64,000 nucleotides of DNA from Paraspadella gotoi (lineage: Eukaryota > Animalia > Chaetognatha): NCBI GenBank assembly GCA_051294375.1, contig CM119263.1:23322403-23386402 (forward strand), given 5' to 3'. Below the pieces are notes generated by a model. It was not told the DNA's origin. It made no database searches and was given only the letters and a program-made list of their open reading frames with translations. Position numbers and translations under genes: made by a program. Positions 1-13,262 of the stretch are shown in pieces. How positions within the stretch are numbered: the stretch's first letter is position 1; each line of letters starts with the position of its first letter.

Positions 1-561
1 CTTCGCTTTTTAATTTCCCTGCAATAACTCAATATTAATATGACTCCCTCGAAATCCTAATCCCGGCGACGAAATCGACGGAAAGAGTTTTTCCGGACGA
101 GACGGAAATTTCGCCGGAAATGGGAAGGAAGGAGGGAAGTCGTCGGCGAAGCTTTGAACCCAAAAATCCGGCGACGGACGATGCCTTTTTTTTTTTTTTC
201 TTTTTACAATAGAGGCGAAATGTTGACCCCGTGGGAGAAAGGGGGGGGGTGGGCCTGTTTCAAAAAAAAGTTTCAAAATGCTGTCGGTATTGCTACACTT
301 AAGCCTTTTTTTTTTTTTTTTGCCTTTCAGAAATTCGACACTTAAATATATGGAAGGAACGGTTGGTACAGTTCATTAAAAAAAACTTGTTCTAAAAATT
401 ACGAGTATGAACTTTTTTTTCACTTTCAGGTATTAACTTTGTCAACTAAACCAGTTTTTTTTCTTCAATTTTTTTTTGCTATCTTTTTTTCCATGATAAT
501 TTTTAATTATGAGGCTAGGTTTCTTTTCTTCCTTCTTTCTTTCTTTCTTTCTTTCTTTCTT

Positions 562-579
562 NNNNNNNNNNNNNNNNNN
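562..579. other. Assembly gap inside a (CTTT)n tract
   Basis: Run of N. Confidence 0.99.
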
Positions 580-1755
580 TTTCTTTCTTTCTTTCTTTCT
601 TTCTTTCTTTTCTCTCCTTTCCCCCAATTTTCAGTCGCCAGTTTTTATCCAGTTAATTTACGTTTAGAAATCAGGTTTTTATACTTTGTAATTTAGAAGG
701 AAGAGGGGAAAAAAACCGCTTCCTTTTCGCTTAATTCGCTTTTATTCGTTTATTTTAAAACTTCATTCATTTTTTTCTTTCTTTTTTTTTTCTCGGCTTT
801 TTTTTATCCTCATCCGTCTTTTGTTCCTTTGATATTTTTTTCTTCTTCGCTTTTTTTTTTCCCAACTTTTTTTGGGTTATTTTCGTTTCTCTTTTTTCTT
901 TCTTTCTTTCTTTTTTTTCCGTTTTGAACTCGTTATAATTAAGCGGCTCATCGAATTAAAAAAAAAACAAAAAAACTGGCGGTTTCGGGCGACGGCGATG
1001 GATTGTGGCTCTCCCTCTCTATCAGTTTCTTCAATTTTTAATTTGGGTTATTTTTCTCACTTTTTATGACCGTTTTTTTTTTAAATAATTTCCTTCCCGT
1101 TAATTCTTTTTCCTTCTAAACTCCTTCCCCCCCCCCACTACACACGACATTTCACTGATTTATACCGTCAAATTTATTCCGCCATTTCTGTCGCTCGAAT
1201 CGGATGTCGAATCCGCGTCTCGATATTTATACTTTTCCCCTCCGTCTTGTACAAATCCGCTAATTCAATATCGCGATAGCGAGAAAGAGTGAGAGACAAG
1301 AGTTCGAGTTGTTTTTTTTTTTCTTCTTCTTTTTTTTAAATAAAAAAAAAACGAGATCCTGACACAAGTCCCCATGAATCCTCGTGTTTCTTATCTTGGC
1401 TTTGCTTACACTTTGCGAACCAAAACGCGAGCGGAAGGAAACGAGCAGAGTCCGCGGAGTTTGTTGCGTAATCGCAGAAGAAAAAAAAAAACAACACAAA
1501 AAAAAAATGCCATTAATCACAAAATATCCGAGCCGAAGGACGGTAAAGTCAAATAAAGATTTTCGAAGCGACGGAGAACGCGCACCGGCCTCGATCGATC
1601 CTCTGTTTTTGTAACTGAGTCATCGAATACGAAAACAAAAGAACAGTTTTCTCGCCAGATTTGGATGACCGAGTTTTTCGTAGAAAAAGATTAGGTAAAA
1701 AAGAAAAGAAAAGAAGAGAAAAGAAAAGAAAAGAAGGGAAAAGAAAAGAAAAGAA

Positions 1756-1787
<32 letters not shown>

Positions 1788-2219
1788 AAAAAGAAAGATT
1801 TCCCTGACAAACACTGTCACAATCAGAAAATAAAATTAAAATTTCTTCTTTCACTTCCGCTTTAACGAAGGATTTTAGGAAACGATCCGAAACGACGACG
1901 AAGACGAGGAGGAGGACGAGGACAACGACAACGACGACGACGACGATATCGCCAAAACTCAAGATTTGGTGTTAAATCATCAACATCATTATCATCATTT
2001 AGTAATACATAAAATTAGAAGTATTTATAATATATTAAATATTATAAAAAACGGAGCGACGTAAAAGAATTATCGACGGGTGAGACCGAAATGTGAATGA
2101 CTAAGATTTTCGCCTTCGACCATCGATTTCCTTGACAGAATCGCAGCCTCGTTCCTTTCACCTCCCAATCGAACGATTTCAAGGTCGATCCTGGTCACGC
2201 CTTTTTTAAGTACCCGGAT

Positions 2220-2254
<35 letters not shown>

Positions 2255-2420
2255 NNNNNNNNNNNNNNNNNNNNNNNNNNNNNNNNNNNNNNNNNNNNNN
2301 NNNNNNNNNNNNNNNNNNNNNNNNNNNNNNNNNNNNNNNNNNNNNNNNNNNNNNNNNNNNNNNNNNNNNNNNNNNNNNNNNNNNNNNNNNNNNNNNNNNN
2401 NNNNNNNNNNNNNNNNNNNN
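2255..2420. other. Assembly gap after a (CT)n tract
   Basis: Run of N. Confidence 0.99.
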
Positions 2421-3660
2421 TTTTTTAAATAAGAGCCGCCTACGAAATTTATATTGTTAAGTCGAGAAACGATGAAAGTGTGAAAGACAAAATAATAAAA
2501 AAGGTTAAACACTTACTTTCTACTCTAGAAAATAATTTTACTACATCTTTGTCCAACAAGATTCAAAATTTTAACAATTCAATCTTTTCTATTTCTTTTT
2601 ATCACAAGAAAATCGTCCATCGGGAGGTTAAGAGTTATCTACTCATTGGATCAAAATCATACCATGTGTACGAATGATAATAAGTTAGTTGTTTATTTGT
2701 TTATTTAGTCATACTCAATCACTCAAAAGGGGGAGCAGGTCTCCCGGACGAGGATTGAATATTTCTACCTCGAGTTTCCGTTTCGTTACAGAACAGCGAA
2801 AATTCTTTAGTCTGAATCGTCGTTAATTTTTCAATCCGAATAAAGATTTTTAAATTATGGTAAAAAAATTTAAATCGGAGAATAATTTTTTTTTTCTTTT
2901 GTTTGTTTCATTTCTTCAGAAAGAGGACTTTTAAATAATTTTTTTTTATTGGCTTCACTTTATAGTTTAGTAGTCATCGAATGTAGTCTCTTTGACTGAT
3001 CCACGTTAGACAATTGGATACTTACTCAACGTCTACCCCTACCCTCCTACCTCCCTACCCCCCTCCCTCTTCCCCCTTCCACCATCTCCCTTAGTTCCCT
3101 CTTTAGTTCTCTTCACTCTGTGTTCAACTAGTGAATCCAACCGAAACGTTTTTTTTTTTGGCGATATTTTTTTTCAATATTTTAGCGATGAAATGTTTGT
3201 GAATTATCGCGCCCATTGAAAAGTTTTGTTGTTATGATTCTGAAGAATGTTAGTCAAGGATGTTTCCCACTCTTGCTCTCTCTCTCTCTGCTACAATCGC
3301 CATGCTCGATGTTCGTGCAAGATTATTTTAAACCAGCCCTCTTCCCCCCCCCCTAAAAAAAAGAGAGGAAAGGTCAGAGAAGTTCATCTTTCTTCTTTTT
3401 TCGCTGAAAATCTGAAACATAACAAGCGCATGCACATATCTAGCGAACATCGTTCAGTAATTTATAAAGTGCAAATTTGTCGATTACGTAAGTCGATGAA
3501 GATTCGAGTTTTATAAACTAAATCCTCTCATGTTCCTTATCCAGGCCATAGTTGATATGATATGATATGATATCATATACGGAAGTCCATTGATGATTTT
3601 TCTTTTTCATAAGATTACATAACTTAGTTTAATACATACGCATAACAGATTTATTCTGGA

Positions 3661-3744
3661 TATGAAATTGGTAAAACCAGTATAAAAATTATCCATTCAT
3701 TTAATAAATAAGCTATCTTGCCCCTAACTTTGGACAGGCTTTGG
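3661..3744 (-). repeat. Fragment of dispersed repeat family B
   Basis: Reverse complement matches the 3' part of 14763-15070 (ccaaagcctgtccaaagt...aatttcata). Confidence 0.75.
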
Positions 3745-5154
3745 TATGTAAGTTTTAATGAGATTCAAAAGTTGAGTTCAATCGAAACCTACAAGGATGG
3801 ACAGACAAGCTAACGAGACTTTCTTTTTTTTGATAGAATTTTTTCAAAGGGCGTTCGAACAAAGCAAGTCGTAGTCGAGGAAGCAACAAAGTGAAGTGTT
3901 GCGGTTTTTCTTCCATCGTTTCGACTCAAAAAAAAAAAAAAAAAGATCAACGTCGGGATTCGAAACTCGATCGTCTGTACGAATCAGTCGGTTCTCCGAC
4001 GGCGATCGATCTTTCGAACGACGGGGATAAAAAGGCTCGGGCGCGAGGGACGTTTGATTTCAGCGCCAAATATATCGAGCCTCTTGAAAAATGAGAAACC
4101 GGAAGTCAATTGAAAAATCAAATGACAATCGAATTTGAGGCTCTCGGGGAAATCGGTGGTACCGACCAAAATGGAAACGTAATTTTAGATTAAACAACAT
4201 CTCGCACAATGTGTGTAACACAAGGGATAAAAACCGAAACGGAAAAATAGTAACAGCTATACAAGGGAAACAAGTATCAAAATCAGAACAAACTTCCGTA
4301 GTGGACGGAAAAATAGTAAATTTAAAAACTTCTGCCACACGAGGAAACGACAATGTAAAATGCAGACCTCTGGAAGATGTGTATCCGGTTAGGATGCCAG
4401 GGGGGCATAGGAGAAAGAAAAGGGGGGGGAGGGGAGGCGAAACAGAGGACCCTTACTTTCGTCATCGCGTGTTTTTTTGCCAACGACGACGCCCTTTCGT
4501 GCGTGGACGACGAGGGCGACGACGACGACGACGATTTCGGGCGAAGGATCCACCGTCTCGGGACTTTCGTGTCTAACTTCCTCTTCCATCCAAATTGCAG
4601 GCCGCCTTCGTCGTGGTCGTCTCCCTTTTGTCTCGTGCCTCTCGTCCACCGTCTCATGCGCGACAATTTTGGTTCCTTGGTCGTTGTTGTCGTTGTTGTT
4701 TTGTCGATGCCGAATTCTCCACACCCTCTGTCGAATTAGGCTAGGGTCTGCACGCAGCGTTTATATCTTCCGAAGTACCCGTCTAGGTATCTGACTCTCT
4801 CTCTCTCTTTCTCTTTTTCTATCATTGTTCTTTCGACTTTTAATTTTGTTATCTTTTTAGTGTCTTTCTTTCTTTTTTTCTTTCTTTCTTTTTTTCTTTC
4901 TCCGTTTCTCGTGTTGTTTAGGGCGTTGCGCCGGAGAGATAGCGGGGAACCTTATACCTTTTCCAAATTGCGTCGGCGTCTGTATTCCGTCATCGTATTT
5001 TGTATTCCACGCGGCGACGTCGCCAGTGTCGTCGTCGTCTGTCGACGTCCAACTCTCGTTTTTGATGTCTTTGCTCTCATATCCAGTTGCCTTCAAGTCG
5101 CAAGAAGATAATTTTGCTGCAGATAAGTAAACGCTTGGGTTCGAGAATCTAAAG

Positions 5155-5209
<55 letters not shown>

Positions 5210-5339
5210 ATTTAATCTTTAAAAGAACACCCTAGACTCCAGTATTTTTTCATACACAAGGAGTTTTAGTGATCATATGGAATCAATTGAAACTGACGAA
5301 AATTCTCAGTGGCAGAAAGAACGAAAATACAGAAAGAAG

Positions 5340-5356
5340 AAACAAAAGAAAAGAAA

Positions 5357-5452
<96 letters not shown>

Positions 5453-5455
5453 GAA
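5340..5455. repeat. (AAAG)n microsatellite
   Basis: Directly visible. Similar tracts at ~525-612 and ~1700-1797. Confidence 0.95.
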
Positions 5456-5786
5456 ATAAAAACAACGTAAAAAGGTACAGAAAGGAAGTTGAATGGCGAA
5501 GCAATAATCTCTTTCTTCGGTAATCTTCCAGAGGTGTGTCTTTTAATAATTATTGATAGACTTCGGAAGAAGCGAGTATAAAGAAAATCCTCGCGTTTCC
5601 TTTATGCAAAATCCACAGGTGCAACGAAAGAAGAAAACGAAAGAAAAACACAAGAAAGAGAAAAAATAAAAGATCGCAGGTGGAACTTGATAAAAAAAAG
5701 GTAAAATCTGAAGAAAAATGAAAAAATATACGAAAAGTTAAAGGAAATAAATAATTGGTTGCCCGCAAATTTTTTGAGCATATGAT

Positions 5787-5822
5787 GGAGAGCGAGAAAG
5801 AGAGAAGAGAGAAAGAGAGAGA

Positions 5823-5854
<32 letters not shown>

Positions 5855-5855
5855 T

Positions 5856-5944
<89 letters not shown>

Positions 5945-5945
5945 A
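5787..5945. repeat. (GA)n microsatellite
   Basis: Directly visible. Others at 5157-5207, 55626-55700, 55774-55805 and 62052-62150. Confidence 0.95.
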
Positions 5946-6778
5946 TGTCTCAGAAAAAGTGTTGTTTTTTCAGAGAGTGAGAGACGGAGTTTTTTAATTG
6001 GGTTAGCCAACCGTAGGACCAGAGTCTGAGGCGAGCGAACGTCGATTTGAGTTTTTTAGAGCAACAGTACCGAAGTAAAAAAAAATACAAACAGAAAACG
6101 TAAAGCAATTAACTGTGGAGGCGCTGACTCGACTCAGAGCAACTGTGCGAAACAATCTCTTATTTTTTAATATCTCCCAAATGCTAGTTTTTAAAAATTA
6201 AGAAAAAAGGACGGGGATTTAAATTCGATGTGTTCATAAAACATAAACTCTCTCACTCAAGCACGTGTTCGCGCGTCGCTGTCTCAACGATGTTCTCGCC
6301 GACAACCAGTTCGAGAGGATGCTTTCGAAATCTTTCGCTCCGCGACCCTATATTATTGTTGAAAGCGGGCAACATAAAAAAGTGTGTCAAAAATCGTGAA
6401 ATTTGACGCTGAGGGAAAGAGAGAATTTGTGAGAAAAAAAAGGGGAAAAGAATCGGGAGAAAAAGAAAGGAAGAGGGGGGGAGGTGATATTGACTTCGAA
6501 ATTGTTTATGTCACAATCACGATTTACAAGGACAAAATTTCTTTTTATCTTTCCCTTGGCTCGTGAAAAGACCACAACCGCGATCACGAGAGAATTTTAT
6601 TTTACATTTTTTAATCTTTCAATACTTTTTTAAGCCACGTTGCCGTGTTGCGCTCTCGCTCTCTCTCTCTCCGTAACGAAGTAGTGGGCGTTCTCTCCCT
6701 CAGATACCAAAGAGCGCGAGGCGAGGCGGACTTTTATCGAAAACAAATATTTCTCTGACGAGTTGTTTTTTTTTTTTT

Positions 6779-6793
6779 NNNNNNNNNNNNNNN
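6779..6793. other. Assembly gap
   Basis: Run of N. Confidence 0.99.
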
Positions 6794-7003
6794 NTTTTTT
6801 TTACGTTTCCTGCTTTTTAAATTTTTCCCTCGTTCTCTTTTAAATTCTCGCGCGCGGCCATTTCTCAAACATATTTCTGTGGCCGGCCAGCGATCGCAAC
6901 CCAAAATATGACATGTCTCGAATTTACAATTCTTCATCGAGTAAAATCGAGCCGATCTTCTCTCGGCGAAAAAAAATGATTTTACTCGCCTAAAACTCAA
7001 TTC

Positions 7004-7165
7004 GTATTGTTTGCCGCCTTAAAAATTTGACCCAAGCGCAAGGCCGATAACCCCCTATGCCCGATTAACATCACAATTTTCTCACTTTTAAAAATAAATC
7101 CTGAAAATTTTCTTTCTGTATTGTAAATAAAAAAAAATCGAAATCTAACGGGCGGCAAATACAAC
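7004..7165. mobile_element. Small putative MITE
   Basis: Imperfect inverted ends gtattgtttgccgcc ... ggcggcaaatacaac. Only one copy seen in this window. Confidence 0.35.
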
Positions 7166-10100
7166 TAAGACATTTCTAGAAATTATTTAAAACTTTTTAT
7201 AGAGCCTAGTATCCTAAAAAAAATTATTAGTTAGCATTTGATTCCAAACAAAACAAATTAGAAAAATCTAAAGGTTAATCTTTTCTTTTAATTTACTATA
7301 ATTTCTTTGCCGATTTACTTCTTATTCATTTTTCTGACTACGTAAACGTATTCAGCACCCCCCTGACACCCCCTCTCAAAAAAACATAAAAAAAACGACG
7401 ACGGAAAGTCGAGTTTTTTTAGCCCAACTCTCTCTCTCTCTCTCTCCGTCCCTCGCCAGCCCCGGATACCCTAATGGCTTAGCTCCTAAGAACCCAGATG
7501 CTCAGAAAAGCCCAGCCCCTCTCGCAGGGACCGATAGAAACTGGGGAACAGATGTGCGCGCCCTCTCTCTCTCTCTCTCTGAGAGAGCCAGCCTTCTGTC
7601 GCTCATTGAGCAAGTTTTTCTCTCTCCCTTCTTTCTTTGACATTCTCCTCTTTAGCGCGAGGCTCAACAGAACAGAAGAAACGGAAAAATTAGAGGACAG
7701 GATGTTGTTTAGTTTCGAACTTCCACCCTTCTCCACGACTGCCACAAAAAATACACATTGTCGAAAAAAGAGTTTTCATACAAGGTACATAGCAACTGAC
7801 AAGTTTGGGGAAAAAAAATCATCAGGATGGTTGTCCTAGGAGTATGCTTTTTAATCAACATCAAGGAAACACCTTTAAGTTTAAGGTCCAAGAAAATTAA
7901 TAATTCAATAAAAACAAAACCGCTCGATACGGCGGGAAATTTAGTACTTACGACGACTAAATTGCAAGAGAATTTACGTTTTATTGACTCGTGTCAAATC
8001 CACCGGTTGAGAAGACTTAGACCGTAAATTGATATTAATAGCGAGAAACGATATTTTTGGTATTCATATTAATTTAAAAATTGCATATCCGTCGCACCTA
8101 TTCACTCATGGAGTGCAGAAGGATTAGAACTTTTACAAATTTATATTATAGCCTTAAAGTGTCAGGTTCCTTTATTTAATTACTTACTACAAACCGACAA
8201 GATCCACACCACCTCACCGGCGCCGTTCTATCAATCTTTTAGTTTTACCATTTTTTTATTTCTCTGCTTTACTGAAGTCAATCATTGGGCTGTTTTCTCC
8301 GAAGATACTTGGAAAGCAAACCCACGTTTTACTCGGCGGTTCGCATAGATTGTAATCTTATAAAAACGTAGCAGCCCAGATTTTTCTTCTTCCAACGCTC
8401 TTTCTCTCTCTCCTCGTTCAACAGTCGATTATGATCCAGCATCGTTTTTCTTTTCGAAACTGTTCGAAGAACCGGATGTCTGCAACGTACAGAGTAAATT
8501 CACGCCATCTGGACGCCACCATTATTTTCCAACTTTCAAAAAAAACCCCAAAAAAAGAAACGAGTAAACTAAGTCAAATCGTTAGGAGCACGAGTCTTTA
8601 CAGTCGAGGAGTAAAAAACCTTATCAGAAAAAAAATAGAGAAATCGTTTGCTTGACTAAATAAAAGTGAGTCACCCGGCATTTGATAGCGTTTTTCGACT
8701 CGTATGACGGCAAAGTACCGAAGTTCCCCGACCTTTCTTTATCGAGCTTTAATAAACTCGCTTCTACACCGGTTGTAGGGACCGGAACAAAAATTTGATA
8801 TTTTCTTTGACTTCTACTAATAGATTTAAAACTTTAATCAGACTTTGACAAATATCAATTAAATATTTTTAAGATAAATGAATCATCATCATTCAATGAT
8901 TTTATCAGTTTTTTTATTTTTATTTAAAAAATGTAAGAATTTTAAAAGCTGTAATTATATTTTTTAAATTGTTATGCTTTATAAATATCCATCAAAAAAT
9001 TTTAAAATTAAAAAAAAAATTTTAAAATTAAAAAAAAACATTTAATATATTAATCAAGATGTATAATATAATTTATTTAAAAATAATTGTTTAAATATTT
9101 AATCAAAACAATAAAAAAACTTTGTTAATAATCAAAATTTTATATTATTTCCGGAATTGGTCCTTAACTATACTTCAGTTTATCTTCAATATCTTTATTA
9201 CTAAGCTTAATTTTTAATAACTGTAACCAACCTTAACAACGACCAATAAATAATTTATTAATCATATGCTTTATTTTTTTTTACCCTTAAATTTCAGTTT
9301 GTACAATAATATAAAAATTAATTTTATATATATATATATATTATATATTTTTATATATATTTTAATTAGATAAAGTTTTTTACATATTTAATATTAATCA
9401 AAAATAAAATAAATTTTATTTAAAAATAATATTTTTTATCAAAAATTTTTTTTAAAAATAAAAATAAACTTACAAGAAATAAAAAACAAATAACGGACTG
9501 TAAAATCCCAGTTAACAAATGTACAATTATAACTAATAATATGTTTTTTAATTATATTTTTTAACAGATAAAAAAAAAAAATTTCGGCAAACACCTCCTG
9601 TCCCTACTGGTTGTTTATCTGATCTTTGATTTTTTTTTCATCAATTTACGTTAGAAAAAGATTGTTTTCGGCGAATGGTTTACTTATTTTAAAAGAATAC
9701 TTCATTCAGTTATCATTTTGACAGGATTCATATCTTTGTTTACCCTTCTCTATTGTATTTGTGGCATACTCAAGTCTAGCTCCTGAACATTAAAAAAAGC
9801 ATCCAGGGAAACCTTTGAGCTAATTTATTTCATTTTCTGCTCGTCTTCATAATAATACGCTAATAAATATAACATGGTTTCTTTTGCCAGTTTATCAGCA
9901 TTTCAAGACAGGATCAAAATTGTAACAATAAATATGTCATATGATTTCATGATGAACAAATGAAAACGGATCGATGGAGAGAATCTATCAGTTATTTTAG
10001 TACATTGTAAAGAAAAGCTATTTACATAATGGTCATGAAAGATTATCACTTTGTACAGGGTTTAAAAATGGGTTTTCCTGCAATTTTCTTAAACTTACAA

Positions 10101-11326
10101 TAGAGTCCGTGTTCCCAGTGTCAATCTCAAAATATTAATAGGTATTGATGGCTTTACGTAAATTTAGCAAAGTCCTTTAAAGTTTACTCTAAAGGTAAGT
10201 ACTTATAAATTACGATTGGTTGAAGCGAGCATTTTAAACTACATCTAAGCATGTAGTCGTAAATGGTGCCAATGATGATGAAAATAAAATAGATGGTAAA
10301 ACAGTTTCTATTCTTCTAATGTGACATGTCCCAGCACATAATTAATTGATCAGTTATATGTAGCTGATCTGGATGGAGAAGTCGATAATAAAAACGAAAA
10401 CAAAAAATGCAGATACTGTTATGAAATAAACACTGGCCGAATTCGTTCAACTGGTGCGCTTTTCAAAATATTTGAATAACTGTATTTATTAAGCACCGAC
10501 CGCACATGCCGGAACCAATCCGCATTAAAATCAATTTAAATTGTCCTTATACAAATTATAGTTTGTACGCCATCAAACAGCAAGTTTAAAAGGTTTAAAT
10601 TAATGGATTGACAATAGCAATAGGCCCATCGGAGCTTTGTCCCGTTATTTAAAATCTATGTTAAGTTAGTTGAACTATTTTCCTAGAATAGAAATTTAAT
10701 ACCATATTGAAATTTAACATCATATGTACTAAAATGTTTTCCTTTTCTCTAGTATAAAGTGCGTAGCTACTTGTACATGCAGATAAAAAATCCAGATTCT
10801 AAAGGTTTGTAGTTGTAAACCAATGAATGTATCACAGAGACAAATAGTATGACATCAAACCTAGGTGGTTCAAGTCGTCAATTCCCTCTTTCCCATCTTT
10901 GACATTAAGTACAGTCCAGAGCATGCACTTGGAATAAGTTAGCAAAAAGTATCGTTTCTCTCAAGTATAGTTAAGTTATATAACTTAAAATAAAAAGAAA
11001 ATAAGAACTTAGAAAAAACCTGGATGAAAACTCGTTAAGAAAATGTTTGACTAACGTGACAATGGGTAAAGGGGTCGAATGTAAGGTTTTATTAATTTGT
11101 TTTTAATTTTATCTCTTGCGTTTTGGTTTTTGTCTTAATGAAAAATATAATATGAGTAGTGGGAATACAACTTCCATTTTCAATGATCACAAATTTAAGT
11201 TGCACGTCGAAAAAAAAAATGAGGTCGAACAAAAAAATTTTGTTTTTGATTAAAAATAAAAGGTAAAATAATCCTTTGGTGAGAAAAGTGAAAGAAGGAG
11301 GGGAAGGGAGAGGGAGATTTTGTGTG

Positions 11327-11363
<37 letters not shown>

Positions 11364-11510
11364 TATGCATATCTGGGACATGATGATGATGATGATGATG
11401 GCGGTTTTGGTACGAGATTGAGGAAGTCTGTCGAGGTAAAAAAGGGCGCGCGCCTTCGATTTTGTCCTACAAGGCAAATTTGGAAGTCGAAGAAATTTTT
11501 TTTCCCGTCG

Positions 11511-13262
11511 TCAGAAGTGCGGAGCGTCGTCCTCATCGGCGAGAAATTTGCCTCTCAAATCGGGCGAGACCGACTTGGCGGAAACGGGGTGGGCCCTGGA
11601 CGCCGAGGAAGATCCACCGAGGATGGCGGTGGTGGAAGAAGCGGAGAGAGAAGGAGGAAGCGACCCTCTCCGCCCGAACGACGAAGACGACGTGGCGGAT
11701 CTCGAGACGGCATCCGGCGCCCCGGGGACGGACCTCGATGGCGCCCTGGAGGTAGCGTCAGATCGCGCGCGCACGCAGCGGCAGCCGCGACGATGGCAGC
11801 AGTTGTAGAGGACCTCGGCGACCCCGATGCAGCCCTTAAGGGGCAAGTAGCAAAGGACGCAGGGAAGAAAGGTGGCGACGAGGCCCATGCACATCCACCG
11901 CGAAACGCAACGCGGCGGACCGCAGGAGCAGGGGTCGTCGGCGCAGGAAGCGTCCTCGTCGGCGTCTTTGGCACAGTGATAGAAGTAGCCCTTGATGCAC
12001 CACATGCACGACACGTAGTCCAGCACCGTTTCCGGTGAGCAGTAGCAGGATTTTTTGCAAATCCAATCGCTGGGCAAGTTTCGCGGCGACACGCATTTTT
12101 CGCATGTGCACCGATGGCACGTAGGGCAGTACACGCTGTCGGCCGGTTGGGGGTTGAAGGGGTCGGCGGCTCCGCGTCCGCCCGGCAACGGCGTCCTCGA
12201 CGAGGATGATAACAACGTCGCGGGCGGGGGCGCCGTGGAAGACGACGAGGACGAATCACTGGCGGAAGCGGCGGGCGAGGACGCCGAGGGCGTGTCCGAC
12301 GAAGGGGTAGAAGTCTCGGGTTTTTTCAAACTGACTGGCTGCGTTGAGATGGGCGTAGTCGTCGCGTTCGGTGACATGGGGCGACGATGATGGCGAGAGT
12401 GATGATGATTCGCTCGATGATGATGATGGAGTACACCCTCAACAGAGGCGGCGTTCCGATTTTGGCGTCGCTTCCAGTCCCTGGTGGAGTTCTCGATGTT
12501 CTCCTGCGACGAGCTCCTCGCCACGGGAGGCGGCGGCACTTTGCACTTTTTCGCTGAGGAAGAGACGATGGATGCCACGAGAGCGGGCGCGAAGGTCCGC
12601 TGCTCAACTAGGTTCGGACTGTCCACGTATTCGTTGGGTTTGGCGCGGTGCCGGTAGGGCGAGTCTATACTGACCATTTCCCGGGGCGGGGGGCGTGGGG
12701 GCGCTACGGGCGTCGCGGGAGGCGAGGCGGCGGGGATCTGCGTCCTGGGCAGAGGCTGCCCCGCGAAGACGACGCTCGTGGGGGCGGCGATGGCGCTGGA
12801 AGTCTGAAAAGACGGCGTCTGAGTCGTCGACTGGAGGACAGTTTGCGTCGCCGGACCCAAGTCGGCGTGGAGAAGCGGTAGTCGTCGACGATGTTCGTCG
12901 TCGCGTTTGCTTGGAAGGGCGGGACGGCGGTGCCGGGGCCGGGGCGGGAAAACTGGCGGCGCGGGGGAAGGGCGGGTGGGAGGAGTCTTGCGACGGTGGG
13001 GTGGGGATTCTCCTGAGCGGCTTGCGTCCCAGGGAAGCCGTGAGCGTCTCCTCCGGTCCCTTGTCGAGTCCGTTCCTCCGAGAGCCCGCGGCGGTGGCCG
13101 CCATGTCCGAGGCGGAGCGTTGCAGGCGACGACCGGCGCTTGGCTTGCAGCGTTGTTGCGGCGGGAGGGGCGGCGGCGGACACTGACGAGGCGCCGGGCG
13201 AAGGGCGCGGGGAACGCTGACGGCGACGGATCCGACTGAGGGGACGGGAAGAGGCGCTCCAT
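11511..13262 (-). CDS. sty: Sprouty (RTK/ERK signalling antagonist), single coding exon
   Basis: Cys-rich Sprouty domain (CPTCHRCTCEKC...LPSDWIC...SCMWCIKGYFYHC...CADDPCSC...RWMCMG...FLPCVLCYLPLKGC) and the conserved N-terminal Tyr motif NEYVDSP. No EVH1 domain, so not Spred. The N-terminus is uncertain (see findings). Confidence 0.93.
   Translation of the reverse strand: MERLFPSPQSDPSPSAFPAPFARRLVSVRRRPSRRNNAASQAPVVACNAPPRTWRPPPRALGGTDSTRDRRRRSRLPWDASRSGESPPHRRKTPPTRPSPAPPVFPPRPRHRRPALPSKRDDEHRRRLPLLHADLGPATQTVLQSTTQTPSFQTSSAIAAPTSVVFAGQPLPRTQIPAASPPATPVAPPRPPPREMVSIDSPYRHRAKPNEYVDSPNLVEQRTFAPALVASIVSSSAKKCKVPPPPVARSSSQENIENSTRDWKRRQNRNAASVEGVLHHHHRANHHHSRHHRRPMSPNATTTPISTQPVSLKKPETSTPSSDTPSASSPAASASDSSSSSSTAPPPATLLSSSSRTPLPGGRGAADPFNPQPADSVYCPTCHRCTCEKCVSPRNLPSDWICKKSCYCSPETVLDYVSCMWCIKGYFYHCAKDADEDASCADDPCSCGPPRCVSRWMCMGLVATFLPCVLCYLPLKGCIGVAEVLYNCCHRRGCRCVRARSDATSRAPSRSVPGAPDAVSRSATSSSSFGRRGSLPPSLSASSTTAILGGSSSASRAHPVSAKSVSPDLRGKFLADEDDAPHF

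Noticed and set aside
1-7000. Short ORFs rich in F/L/S or K/E/R
   Set aside because: Translations of (CTTT)n, (GA)n and poly-A/T tracts.
10090-10135. Minus-strand FEIDTGNTDSIVS resembling a retroviral aspartyl protease motif
   Set aside because: An in-frame stop lies just upstream and I found no flanking gag/RT motifs or LTRs; it cannot be separated from chance.
11418-13239. Plus-strand ORFs over sprouty
   Set aside because: Antisense shadows of a GC-rich exon with no recognisable motifs.
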